Position numbers and translations under genes: made by a program. DNA of 63,275 nucleotides, the filler included, from Choristocarpus tenellus KU-1152 (lineage: Eukaryota; Protista; Phaeophyceae): assembly GCA_964200185.2 (NCBI GenBank). It is 11 parts of 11 records of this genome, joined end to end, with 100 filler letters (N's around TTAATTAATTAA, not from the genome) between each part and the next. Parts side by side here need not be neighbours in the genome. Positions count along the whole stretch, not along the records: positions 42,406 to 47,760 come from CAXNAD020011057.1; positions 47,861 to 53,923 come from CAXNAD020009036.1; positions 54,024 to 60,212 come from CAXNAD020008717.1; positions 60,313 to 63,275 come from CAXNAD020023322.1; 7 more parts are not named here. One strand, written 5' to 3'. A model generated the notes under the pieces. It was not told the DNA's origin. It searched no databases and saw only the letters and a program-made list of their open reading frames with translations. How positions within the stretch are numbered: position 1 is the stretch's first letter; every line of letters starts with the position of its first letter. Below are positions 47,721 to 60,449 of this stretch, piece by piece.

Positions 47721-48829
47721 GTGGAGAGCGCAGAAGGGGGCTTCGAAGAGTCGTGAATGTNNNNNNNNNNNNNNNNNNNNNNNNNNNNNNNNNNNNNNNN
47801 NNNNTTAATTAATTAANNNNNNNNNNNNNNNNNNNNNNNNNNNNNNNNNNNNNNNNNNNNGGGGGGGTACGTGAACCCTTATCTATTTCATGACCTTTTA
47901 TCAGTCCAGGCAGTTGGCATGGAATACGGACCATGACCACATGTATTTAAACAGTGAGTTAGCACTGTCAGAAACATTTGATAAATAGCCAGTCTGGAAA
48001 GACATTTGGAAAACAGGTGAGCCTAGTCAAGACAAGTCAGGCTGAGCAACTCATCATAATTAAGCTGCAAGTATACCATAGGAGCTCTGGTAGGTTCCTG
48101 TCTCTATTTTACATCTTGAGTACAAAGGATACTCCTATGTAATACTAGCAATAGGTCTAACTAAAGCAACAGAAAATAGTTCACCAAAGTGAGTGACCCT
48201 TACAAATCTCTTAGATGTCGTTCACAATCATACCATGAAAAAACAAGAGGTTCCTGCCTGCCTGCCTGTCCGTCCATGCATCACCAGCACCGACTCTCTT
48301 CCTTGAGTGTCACCGTGCGAGTAACTTTTTTCCAAAAATAAACACAAAATCCTAAGTATCAAAAACGATACCTCATGGATTTGGGCTGACTCAGGCTGGC
48401 TCTACCACATGGCCCTTATAAAATCTCCTCCATATTGCACATTTTCTTGCCATTTGGTGCCTTGTGTATTCACCATAGAGGCACCAGCTCTCGATATGTA
48501 TACATGCTGTACTAGTACTCCTTTACATGGGTGTTTTGCAGACAATTTATGAATAGACTGGACAGACGAAATGAACAAGCCAATTGGACTCAGGTCAGTC
48601 CGCAGACTGAACCGTTACAAACTTGGACCAAGTCTGGAAATATCCCAGAATTTATTGGAACTTGGTCCAGACTTTTCAGGAAATAATGGAACTGGTCTGG
48701 CCTATGGACTCTGGGCCGTTCGCATTGGCCCAGCCCGACGAAGAGTCACATTAGTCTATGAAAAAAAAAAGTACAAAAAAAAAAGTGCAATGATTCCCCA
48801 GTTTTATCAAGATTGAAACTTTCGCTCAC

Positions 48830-51800
48830 CTTGACCAGGCGTTCGAAGAGGTTGACGAATGGGTAGCGACTAACCAACACCACAGACTTCTGGAATATTC
48901 CACGGGCGCAGTCCTGCAGCAGCAACAGATTGAGGATTAATCCATACATTACAACAGTAGTGGAAGGCTGTGAGGGAAGATTGAAAATGTGAATAGTTGA
49001 ATCATGGATTGAACTCACATGACACCCATCCCCAACCCCACCACCCCTCAGGAAACCTTCACAGCAGTAAGATATACTGTAGGTCCCACAAACCCGTTCT
49101 GTTGTTACCGCACAAGTATCACGGAAACACCTGTCCAACACTTCTGAGCGAGATACCTAATGAAAGTATGTACCTTTGCTTCAGAGTCTACCTCTTACTC
49201 ATGGCAATACCTAACCCTGCTCGGGAATCAGAACAAACTACTCACTCAAGTCATTTACAACCATCTTGCACCCAGAAAAACAACTATACTGCAGAGGGGG
49301 AACAGGCATGGAGAGAGATAAAGGAGAGGCGATACACTTAAGCCCAAGTGAAAGGACCCTCCGCCTTAAACTACTTCAGGAAAGACTAAAACCCGTCCAC
49401 AATAATTTCCTTCACAAGTTCGCGACTGTGTTCTCCCTTCATGTTTGTTGTGCCACACCATACTCTGAAGCGCATACCTCGTTCTTCTCCTGCCTGAAGA
49501 AGGCGTAACAGTACTCAAACGATTGCTCCAACAGCGACGAGCTGAACAGCGGCAAGCCGTGCGATTTGCGGGTCCTACAAAAAACAGAAGGTTTTCCAAA
49601 GACAACCGAAGGCGGTGTGTTCATAATGGGTTAGGGAAAGGGACAAAACAATTGAAATCATGTGCCCCAATTTGACGTGTTTTTATTGAAGCACTTAGCA
49701 GCAAGGACGTGATATATGTATATATGTATATATATATACACATACATATCACGGTTCTCGTATGTCATTGTTGCACGCAGCATACGAGCGTCTGAACGCA
49801 CATGAAAGATCAAGTATGTAAAACCAAGGATGCACATGAGGGCAAGGATCACACCAAAGGGGCACTGAAAGAGTCTCTCAACACAGTACTGGGGACAAAT
49901 TCCGAGGCGCAGCTTCAACTGAAGTAGACTCACGAAGAAAAAAAAAAATAACGGCAAAGGCTAATGCTACGATGATTGTCAACTGAAGGTACAGCGCCAA
50001 GTTGAGGCACATCGTAAGGGGATGAAGTTTCAGTTACAAACCGCTATCTCCCTTACGTGTGTACGCGGCGAAAGAGCAGAGCATGAAAAACAGACAAACA
50101 AACAAAAGTAAACTGAGTGGAGCGATTACCAAGGTATACACCAACCACGCCACATTGTGCTTAGAACGCTCTATATTGGAAAGGCGTTTCGATGGACGGC
50201 AGTTTAGGACGGTGGCACGGCATTAGTATCATAACATATTGGGCACAGCTAGATGTTAGGGACATACAATACTATGATACTACTGTATCGCTGCAACAAC
50301 ATACTACGAAGGGAAGGGTTAGGGTTAGGGTTAGTAGTGCTAGTTTTTTCCCCAGCAAATCCATCACCAGACACAGCAGGGACAAGCACAAAAAAGAAGT
50401 GCCAAAGGAACTCATTTGAGGTGTAAGTTCAACTTGAAAGAGACACAATACAAAACAGGTTCAAACATCGGATGGAGGGGGAAGGGGAGGGAGTCAGGTA
50501 TATAGCATCTGTGACCCAGATTCACTCATCTGTCGATGGCTGGAATCAAAACCATCAACAGGATTCAAAGAATCACCACCCTGTCCATCACCAATGTAAC
50601 AGGCACATGATTAATCTCTTCGATTGATAAGAAAATACTTTCCTTCTGCATTCTGAATCTGTGATTTTGAGCTTTATTTGGGACACTGCATTAGTCAACA
50701 ATATGCTAGTTGTCACTATAGTAATGAATGAGAAGTCAAGAAGCACAGTGCTTGACATTATTGCAATTGACATGAAAGTACCACTGCCCCTCAACGGTGA
50801 GTGAGTCAAAGTATCTTAGAGGGTATGAGTTTTGCCCTGCTTGTCTGTTTGGGACTTGGCTTCCCACGGGTTTTTTATTACTTTTTTCTACCCCGACATG
50901 TTTCGGAGTAGGTAAAAGGTATACATTATGAAAAGGTGTGTCTGGAAGAAGGATATTGACACTTCCTAAGAGACACGGTAGCCAAAATTATATCAAAATC
51001 GAACATTGGATTTTGACCCCCAAACAGACACAGCTCTACCCTCTAAGATACTTTGACCCAGTACTACAAGACGAGCATTGCCATGTTTCTATAGACCTTG
51101 AGGATTTCTATCAATATACAGGCAAAATAAGCGCTATGACAATTTTCAGCGTTCTTGATCACTATTACAGTTCTCATACATGAATTGCAAGGGCTGAAGG
51201 TACACCAACAGAGTTCAGCTTGAATTGTGGTTTGTCCCTACCTGAAGCATTGATATCAATCAGCTGTGACTAGGGCAGAGGGGATTGAGCGAAGAAAGGG
51301 TTCAAAATCGGGAAGCGCCATGTCCACACCTGAAACAGTAGAAACAGTCCCCCAGCTGAGTCGTATTGCAGTCAGGCATAGCCAGCATTTGTATACGCTG
51401 CCGGTCCTCTGCATCTAAGCTATTGGGAGGGTATACCTGTGCCACAATTTTACACGTGGAATTGGTCAACAACAAATCAAATCATTGTAGTGACAATGTG
51501 CAATATGTGATATGGGAAATGCATTGCAATGGGGCGAGCGGCGAGTGATTGAGTAGGGGCAAGCATAGATGCATCCACGCATCCACTCCAGGAGTAGCTA
51601 TGGCTGCAAGGGGTGGATCGAGGCCATCTATTTTTCGGTTGCGAAACCGCAGCATGCTCCATTTTGCTACTGGCAGTTACAAGGAGTCCAGGATTATTGT
51701 GCCACACGACCTTGCACTTTGGTCCTCGTGACACGTGATGCCTCAATAGCAGTTAGATGGTGGCTGGAATACATTTGTGAACTCTAAATCTTCAGTTCTG

Positions 51801-52770
51801 TCTGATCGTACTCCTCTGGGACGAGTAGGTAGTATTCGCAGAACAGAGAAAGACACGGTTTGGCAACAGGACAACCAGTACCCACCGCCAAATGGCTGGA
51901 ATGGGTGCTGACCTCCGATGGAATAATCAGAGGACAGGTTGGACATACCGTTACATGACACTATCCTTCTCATTCACATGCACAAAGTCTTAAGTTGTAC
52001 CTTCAACACCCCGCACATTCCACACACATGCATACCCCTCGATCATGGAGGCATACTCTTACAACTATGTACACGCCTCAAGCACAACCTCGAATGGCAA
52101 ACTGCACCCTGACTAAATTGACTAAATTGCTTCCCTTACAACGGGGAGTGCGATGACCAACGATGAACTCTTGAGCCTACAACTCATGCTAAGTGCAACA
52201 CCCCCTGGAGAAAATCAAGGCCTGCCTAGTCACTGAGTTAGTTCTGTATTTCGTGAAATCCATGGCCTTGGTGACTTTTGGAGTAACGGAGGAGGACGAG
52301 CATGCTCAGAGCTCCTTCCAGTCACACATACAGAAAACACGACCTTGAAGGTTCGAACCCACCTAAGACCGGAACAACTTGGAACAGGGAGAAAAAACTT
52401 GGACAAGTATTAGCCTTGAGGGTCGCGGTCTTCACAAACACTTCCCTCGAGCTTCTAGGCATAGAATCCGCAATTCCCCTCGCAACACAAGATCTAGACG
52501 AGATTTTCTGTTGGGATGTATTCTTGGACTAATTGTGAAAACTCTTAATGCTCCCACCTGCTCGAGGGTGTGACCTGTCCCCACGTCAAACGTGGCCACC
52601 ACCATGGAGCGTATCCATCCTTCATCCTCACCATGAATGCCATAGTGTGCACAGTAGGACGGGCTCTCAACGTCGTGCACGTCAGACCGAAGAAGAGGCT
52701 CAGGACCTGTGTCCATCCAATCACCCTCTCCCAGGCCCTCAGGCAATTTCCCACTCTTTGGGTATGTCAT
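48830..52770 (-). CDS. DENND6: DENND6/FAM116-like DENN-domain Rab GEF, 5' part (exons 52770-52558, 51436-51330, 49574-49478, 48913-48830)
   Basis: WIRSMVVATFDVGTGHTLEQ|VYPP...LAMPDCNTTQLGDCFYCFR|...YCYAFFRQEKNE|DCARGIFQKSVVLVSRYPFVNLF matches the DENND6 uDENN/DENN pattern (FD...G..E..YP; FPD.N...GD..F.FR; FRQ..D....RG.FQKS+V++S..P). The start codon is uncertain. Confidence 0.85.
50325..50344 (+). repeat. short interstitial (TTAGGG)3 tract; a similar (CCCTAA) tract lies at ~31815-31830
   Basis: agggttagggttagggttag. Confidence 0.6.
50803..51059 (+). mobile_element. MITE family A copy (DENND6 intron)
   Basis: gagtcaaagtatcttagagggta...gatactttgaccc; TSD AGT/AGT. Confidence 0.9.
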
Positions 52771-54696
52771 GAAATTGGAAAGAGGGATCAAGGTGTGGAG
52801 AAATTTCCTTCTTCACGAATGTGCTGAGAGTCGTCCCTCCTCACGCTATTGAAGCGGAGTTCAATTTCTTTGCTATATTTGCATCTCAATAGCGAGCCGA
52901 TCTGATCGATTGGCCCACTTCGGCAACCACTTGAGATAGCGCTATGCCAAATTGAAAACCAAAGCCTCGCCGCAATCTGACGATCTACTGTCTTCCCTTC
53001 GGATGGTGGACAGTTTTCTCCTCCCCAGTCTCGTAGTAGCGAGAGAATCTCTAACTTGGTTTGTGATAGTGAAGGAAGTGATGGAGGCGTTGTCGGTACT
53101 GACTATTGTAGGAGGAGAGAAAGAGAGAGGAGGATACAGAATAAACCAATAATGATAGAAAAATGGAGATCATCTTTCACCAGCCTTAACTAAAAACGTC
53201 TGTTCTTTTCAAAGTATGTTTTTCGAAGAATATAGGTTCCTTCGATTTTGCAAAGAAAAAAGTAAAACTGGATTTATCTTTGTTTGAGAGGTCTCTCTTT
53301 TTCGCATCAGTGTTCTTATCCCCAAAATGAAACGACCAGACCTCAATCAGAAAATCATAAATAACAAATCACATACAAATGTTAAACGAATAATCCGACC
53401 TGTATTTTTTGTATGTTCTTTTACAAACCACAAGAAGGAATTCGGAAGTATTGTAATATTATTACGAATTATGATTATTTGCTTCATAATAAAATCAGGG
53501 CTATTAGATCCGTCATGGCAAAGGAAATTTAAAAAAAGAAGAAATACACAATATCATGGAACATTAATTGTAGTAATGGTTGAGAAAAGGCAACATCCAC
53601 CACAAAAGAAAAGATACAGTAGTGAAAGAAAAATATAGATAGGATCTCCAGGAATTGGAGGTGTGGTGAAAAGATCGCAAGAAGAGGGTTGAGGAGGGAT
53701 TTTGATTCATAAAGACTTTATTGAATCCATGCTGAAACAGATAACATACAGAGGAGGGAGAGAGAGAGAGATGAACGCACAGGAATTACATGATTGTACA
53801 CTGCATATTCTGGTATGAAGATTGGCCGCTACGTACACGTACATACGTACCGTACCGCCTCTAACATGAAAGATGATCACGAGATCGGCTCAACGTAGTA
53901 ACTCCTTTGTGACTGACCTTGCTNNNNNNNNNNNNNNNNNNNNNNNNNNNNNNNNNNNNNNNNNNNNTTAATTAATTAANNNNNNNNNNNNNNNNNNNNN
54001 NNNNNNNNNNNNNNNNNNNNNNNGTGGTTGGCGCGCGCAAATGTATATGACCACACGTCTTATCCACAAATGTGTGTGTCGGAGATCCCAAAAAAAGAAC
54101 CTGTAATTGACATATATATATATATATATATATTCTTAATTTTTGATATTTAAAATATTTTTGCCCTGATTTTAGTATGTGAGCAATCACTGTTGTGAAA
54201 AAAATGTTGTATCACTCTATTTATATGTTTGTAGATATTGGTTTGGCTTTTAATGGAGTAGATAGAATATTTATTGCCTCATAATGACAAATGGCATACA
54301 GATTCGGTTCCACTGTGTTACAAGGTTGGTATCGCACAACACCAGTCTGTTGAACAAGAGTATGAAAAATAATAATTGTCATACAGAACATTATACACAT
54401 ATTATTGGTGGTAGTTGTTTTTGTTGTAGGTGATGAGAATTTGGTACCAGATTTTGGTACCAGAAGTTGGTACCTGAAAAGTACCAAAAAACGGTTGAAT
54501 TGTATGTTACAAAAGTGAACCAAAGCAATCTTGGATTGTGATGGTTTGCAATACCGTAAAGTTGCAAAATGTCTCGAAGATGTTGGATTGGCTGCGTTGT
54601 TTTTGTTGGTGTTGCAGTGGTTGGTTGTGAAAATGTAGGTATGTGTGCCCCATGCACTTTGGAATTAGTCTGTTTGAGAATACTTGTGTGTGTCGG

Positions 54697-54922
54697 TGGG
54701 TGTGTGGGTAAGTATGTATGCCGTATTTTTTTTATGGTGTTGACTTTGTATATTGCTTATTGTGGAGATATTACTGAGTGATGTGAGTGATTACTACTGT
54801 TCTAAATTATTGTGGGTGTGGGGGTAGGTATGCCGTATTTTTTTTATATTGACGTTGTATAGTGCTTATTGTGGAGATATTACTGAGTGATGTGAGTGAT
54901 TACCACTGTTCTAAATTATTGT
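54697..54922. repeat. tandem duplication of ~115 bp
   Basis: gtatgccgtattttttt...gcttattgtggagatattactgagtgatgtgagtgattac.actgttctaaattattgt occurs twice. Confidence 0.85.
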
Positions 54923-55127
54923 TGATGTCATCACTTCCGTGAATTGGAATAATAGAAGTGCAAAACCAAATGTTGTGGAAGTTTCTTCCAGATAGGTTGG
55001 ATACTTTCAAGGTATACCTCCTTCGGAAGATGGCTCTCACATATGTTGATCCCACCACTAAACGAGTCACTGTACAACATGTTGATGTCGGATTGATCCT
55101 ACTTTCCAAACTGTACTGTTGTACTCC

Positions 55128-58100
55128 ATGATGCCTCCTCCATTAAACAAGGTGTGTGACAGATAGGGGGCGCTCTTTGCCATGAGGTCATACAGGTCAC
55201 ATTGTAAACGGGAGTTTCCAATCGAATGATACCCATTCCTCACGACAACCACCAAAAACTGTCTGCATTGGTATTGTGTATCATCCTGTTTCTGGTGAAC
55301 TGAAATGAAAATATATATCTTTGCCTCCCCTTTTTTTGTCAACATAAATAGTCGTTGCTGGGAAGATATTTGCTACTACTACTACTGCTGCAATGCGTAG
55401 GATGTGCATTCGAACTTCCATCCCCTAGACAAGAACCTGGACGAGAACTGGAGCACGCATCTTCGACAGAGGATATCCACCGCCTCACACAGTCTGTTGA
55501 TGTGGAAACTACTGCATCGGCAGAGGTGTACACGTTTTCCAAAACGTACATGGAAAATTTTACAACGGATCCTATGGGTTGCCAGAGCTCCAAGACAGGA
55601 TTCTACAAGTGGAGGGCAGATGCTGGTTGGGGAAGCAATATCAACCGTAAGTGACGCTTGCAGAGTCTACGTTGTTTATCCTCACGTGGCGTCGATCGCT
55701 CTCCGGGGTCGGGTTTTGGTAGTGCGGTAGATGAGAAGTGGGATGTCGACTAAGATGTGGCAAAGGAATAAAATGAGTAGGAGAACAAATTTCACCAAGG
55801 CGACTCACACTCATAAACTTGAGCCAAGAGCAAAGATTCTATTGAGTGTTGGATCCCCTGGTCTGCGCTCGTCTACTCGCCTACAGAATACCATTTCTCG
55901 ACGTGATACTAAGCTCATCAATTTTACAGGCGTTAACTTTCCTCGACCTTCACCTTTTCTATCGTACTTAATACTGGTAGTTGTGGATCTCTCTTTTCAA
56001 CATTTTTAGCGTTGAAATGCAACCCTTTCGCTGTCACATACGATATGTCGGCTGAGGAACATCCGTGGCCTTGAGCACAGTTCCCTCTTCTCACTCCTAT
56101 GTGTATCAACCAGGAATGCTTTCTAGCTGGGTGAATGGTGCTGTTTGCTATGGGTTAGAGGACTTGGCGATTATTGGATCGAATTTGATGAATAATCTAA
56201 ACTGTGAGGACAAGATAATTTCTGGGGAGTGGGCCACTAACGCAACAAATCTATTTGAACACACGACGGCTTCCACTTCTGGTACGGAGGGTTTCGGACT
56301 GAAATGTATCTTCAAGCCAGGACCGCACATGTGCATCTTCCCTACAGTCGATGTGAGCTAGAAGATCAGTAGACATATAGTAATCCCTCGCAAAAGGATT
56401 ACTTTTTGTGTTCCCTCAGTTCCTTGTCACTGTTATGAGGCTCAAAGTATCTTGGGGAGGGGGTGGCGGCTGTCCATCCTGGACCCATTTTTCCTTTTCA
56501 CTATTTTTGGGTGAATTTGGTTACATGCGTAGGATGGATAATATAAGTGCACTTCTCCTGGTTAGGGCCTGAATTGGCATCCTGGCGTAGACACCCCCTC
56601 CCACCTCCCCAAGATACTTTGAGCCTGATTTCTACCGCGACCCATTAGCATTTCCACGTTATGGGCTTGGGAGCTACTATTAGGAGGTGTTTCTCTTTTT
56701 AGTAAAATTGATGTGTAGTTGCCACCTTCAAACTCTGCTACACCCAAGCTTAGCGCGTAAGGTATGCGTAATAGTCCATGTTTTCCAGTGTATGCTCATA
56801 AGCAAATTCACCTGCCACTATCGAAACAACTGAAGCTGTACTTTGCCTTGTCCTGCGTGAATACATACACACGCCTACAATGACTCACTGAAGGAGTATT
56901 CAGCTTTTCTGAAGGAGAAAGAAGCTCCAAAGGAGCTCGAGGAAGAATTGCGGTCGAGGACGACAACAGGACAAGAGCTCAATCACGACAGAGGAAGCAC
57001 TCCATGGCAACAGCGCACGAAACCTGGAGAAATAGAAGCCCGAGAGGTTCGACTCAAGTCAAATGAGTACTCATAGTGTCATCGTAACGGTCATTTTAAA
57101 GTAAGGATTATGGTCCCCAGAACTCTTCCGAATGTTAATATGTTATTAGTCCACTGCTCGGAACTAAGAAGATTGCTCTTGTCCATGAGGATAGTCTTTA
57201 TGTAAACTTCTTCGTCTTCAACTAGTCTACCTCTTGGTCAACATCCCTCAATCACTCTCATTTATAGGCAGTCCATCAGTCCTTTCGCGCTACTACTACT
57301 TGATCCGATTTCTTACTTTAATTTATTGCACCAAACTCGTAACGCCAAATATACTATCAATTCTCACACAAAGCATCAACAGCACAAAACACAAACTGTT
57401 GGACATTATATTGGTATATGCTACAACAATACTTTCATAGTTATCTACATGATGTAACGGGGGATTGAACTCCATTTTGGTGTCAGTTACCATTTTTGTT
57501 TGTGATTGCTGGATTAGAGTCCCTTCTCGATTCCGATTGTGTCCGTTTTCTTGTGGCCCTATTTACACAAAAGAAGCGGTGTTTGAGGTGTGGCTGTGGA
57601 ATTCTTACCCTATTTGGAGGCATATGTCATCGGTTGTTGCAGATTGGTTTGTCAAAAGGCAGGTATATGTGGTACAACCTATTACTATTTGGTAGGCAGA
57701 AGGCTTTTGAATAAACCCAGTCAACCCTGTCCTTGTAGTTGATGGGGGACAGTTCAACATAGTAGCAACAGAATCATTCTGCAGGGCTCGATTCCCAATT
57801 TCCTAATAGTTGCACCCCTCTGTATGTGTAGATACTACTTTCCACGCCTGGAAGCTCGTCAACAGAATACTCCTCTATTCGTCAAATTTTCTGCGACTTG
57901 GAGTCAATGTACGTGGATGAAATTGTAATTGACTTGGAACTGTAGCAGGGCCATGCGGGTTTGTCAACCTCTTGATGGAAAGTGAGATATTATCTGCTTG
58001 AAGCGGAGTAGCGTGCTATAGAATAAGTTGAACTCAGTCTTTCACAGAAATAAATTCTTACTCAGACACACATGCTGACAGGGTGGGAAGGAACAGTCGC

Positions 58101-59690
58101 CCTTGGAGGTAAGTGATGGATCGTTACAATCACAAGTAATGCTGCTGCTGCAGAGCAATGGTGATATGTTTCTATCTAGTGCTGTCAAATCACCATTTGC
58201 ATATGTTCTATCTCTCATCCATTCCATACGGCAATGTCCTCAGGATTTCCTTCTGTTCCCAGTAGCAAGCGTCACAATGAACTTTCGAATAGCACGTGCC
58301 GATCCTCACCAAGAAATCCAATATCAATTCCCTATAAACAAATCGGTATCTTCAGTTTATGTCTTCACAACTTATCATCAGAAGAATGCTACTACGTGGC
58401 AAGGTGACCTGGATGTACGATTACTAAAATATAACATCCAAAAGTAGAACGAAAAGTATGCACATATCATTAATAACAGAGTCCATTTTGTTTACGACAC
58501 ATGGGAGTACTGTTACCAAGACCGGTATGAGCTTTATTGCATGTGTTGTAAGGGTTTTTCACAACAGAGGACAGGGGTCTCTTCCAAGTCTCAGTAACTT
58601 CCTAGTAGGCCTTTTGATCACTTCACATATGTTCACAGCATGGTCGCATGGAACGCCTTTTTACTATGATCTTCTTCTCAGTCTGTTGTCGGTGCACAAG
58701 ATTCCGCAAATAGATTTGCCCGAGGAAGCATTTTGCAAATTTTCGTTCGTAGGCCTGTGGAATGCATGCAGTACTGGTTTGTGATGGTGTGAATCCCTTG
58801 CTCTGCATAGGGTGCAGATGGGGACCATCTTTGAGAAGGTGGACACTTTCGGTAAAGGTTGTTGCCCCACCTTCGCTACGACTGTACTGGTTTGAGCCCT
58901 ATCAGAGCCGCCCCTAATTTTGTGAGTCCTTAGGCACCACAACAACCGGTACAGAGTCAAATTATCTTAGAGGGTAGAGCCGCGTCCATTTGACGTCCAA
59001 AATCCAATGTTCCGATTTTGATGTAATTTTGGCTATCGTGTTTGTTAGGAGATGTCAATATCCTTGTTCCACACACAATTTTTCATAACATACACATTTT
59101 ACCTACTCTGAATCATTTTGGAGTAGGTAAAATGTTACTTAAAACTGATGGAAAGCCAAGCCTCAAATGCACAAACAGGGAAAAACTCGTACCCTTCAAG
59201 ATACTTTCACTCACACAGCGCCGAACTTGACCCTTAATGCTCTCTTCTCCGTGTCCAGGCTTTGGTTAATCACATCTGGAACAATTTGCAACCATGGATA
59301 ATAGATGATATGCGGTTGGTTCTGGACACCTTGCCCACTGGTGTACGTGAAGGTCCATTCATTGGTTTGCACATCAGACGTGGGGACAAGCTCGTTAATG
59401 AAGCGATACTGACCGAGACAAGGGTGTACCTAGAAGAGGCATTTTCGTATCTCAACACAACCGTTTGTGGGCATGAGGGCAATATTCCTCCCGAATGCGG
59501 CGAAAGGCGGACTCCATTGCCTGCAGAAGTTAAAGGTATCTATGTTGCGTCAGACGACCAGAATGCGGTGGAAGAAGTCAAAGAGCTAGCCCCCAAGTTC
59601 TTCGAGTCTGTCGCAGATTTTGTCTACTTATCGGCAGGGATTGGAGAATTCCAGAGCAATAATGACATTCCTACACATGGGTTTACTCAG
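55128..59690 (+). CDS. alpha-1,6-fucosyltransferase-like (GT23, FUT8/NodZ family); exons 55128-55151, 55352-55646, 56114-56352, 56915-57046, 59259-59690; 3' end not identified
   Basis: Hydrophobic anchor RYLLLLLLLQCVGC, AGWGSNIN, FIGLHIRRGDK (motif I) and IYVASDD (motif II). The splice phases join consistently. Confidence 0.85.
56439..56625. mobile_element. MITE family B copy
   Basis: Perfect TIR ggctcaaagtatcttggggagg / cctccccaagatactttgagcc; TSD TGA/TGA. Confidence 0.9.
57900..58950 (-). mobile_element. degenerate non-LTR (RTE-like) reverse transcriptase relic in the GT23 intron
   Basis: In order on the minus strand: LCRARDSHHHKPVLHAF (like LQEK.RE..KPLY.AF), KKAFHATM (like IKAFHD.M) and MRDRTYANGDLTAL (like LLYADD.AL). 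Confidence 0.45.
58954..59212 (-). mobile_element. MITE family A copy
   Basis: gagtcaaattatcttagagggta...gatactttcactc; TSD ACA/ACA. Confidence 0.9.
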
Positions 59691-60449
59691 GTGCGGTTCA
59701 AGTAGAAGAGTAGAGCCGTATTGGGCACTGTAGGATGTATTCTCTTGACTATGTAGCTTGAACAAGGCAGGTATGCTACAGGCGCCCCTCAATGCTCACC
59801 TTCCAGGATGTACAACTCAAATCCAACGACCTCAAAACGACGCTACGAGGGGATTCCAGAGATGATAACCACGTTCGGTGTCAGCTTGATGTTCAGCTCA
59901 GTCAATGTCTCGCTTTTCGCTTTATCAAAAGAGGTACATCAAGAAGGAACTGAGGGTGTGGTGTGGTGGGCCTTCTCAGCCTTCTATTAGCATCATCCAC
60001 CAGTTTTCTACAGTCAGAGAGTTGAATGAAGTCGGCAAACTGCTAAGTGGATACATTAATCATGAATCTTTACTCTGTAACTTCCAGAAATCGATACCTA
60101 TCCTGTAGGATTATGTTCAATTCTAATTCTTACTCTGCATCTCCTATAAAATCATAATTTATCTTGTAAGGCTACCTATATATTACTAATATCGTATATT
60201 GTTCGTAAGTGTNNNNNNNNNNNNNNNNNNNNNNNNNNNNNNNNNNNNNNNNNNNNTTAATTAATTAANNNNNNNNNNNNNNNNNNNNNNNNNNNNNNNN
60301 NNNNNNNNNNNNAGGACACATTTTGAGATGTCTGCTGACGTGTGCAATAAGATAATAAGAGAGAGCACCCCCCACCACCGAGGGTTGTGCTCACTCCGCT
60401 AATAAATACATCCATACAGCATAATGACACGACTATTGGAATATACTTA

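Noticed and set aside
50325-50344. True telomere
   Set aside because: Only three TTAGGG units, inside an intron.
50938-51183. Short ORFs resembling each other at several loci (RILTLP..SQNYIKI)
   Set aside because: Chance translations of non-coding MITE family A copies.
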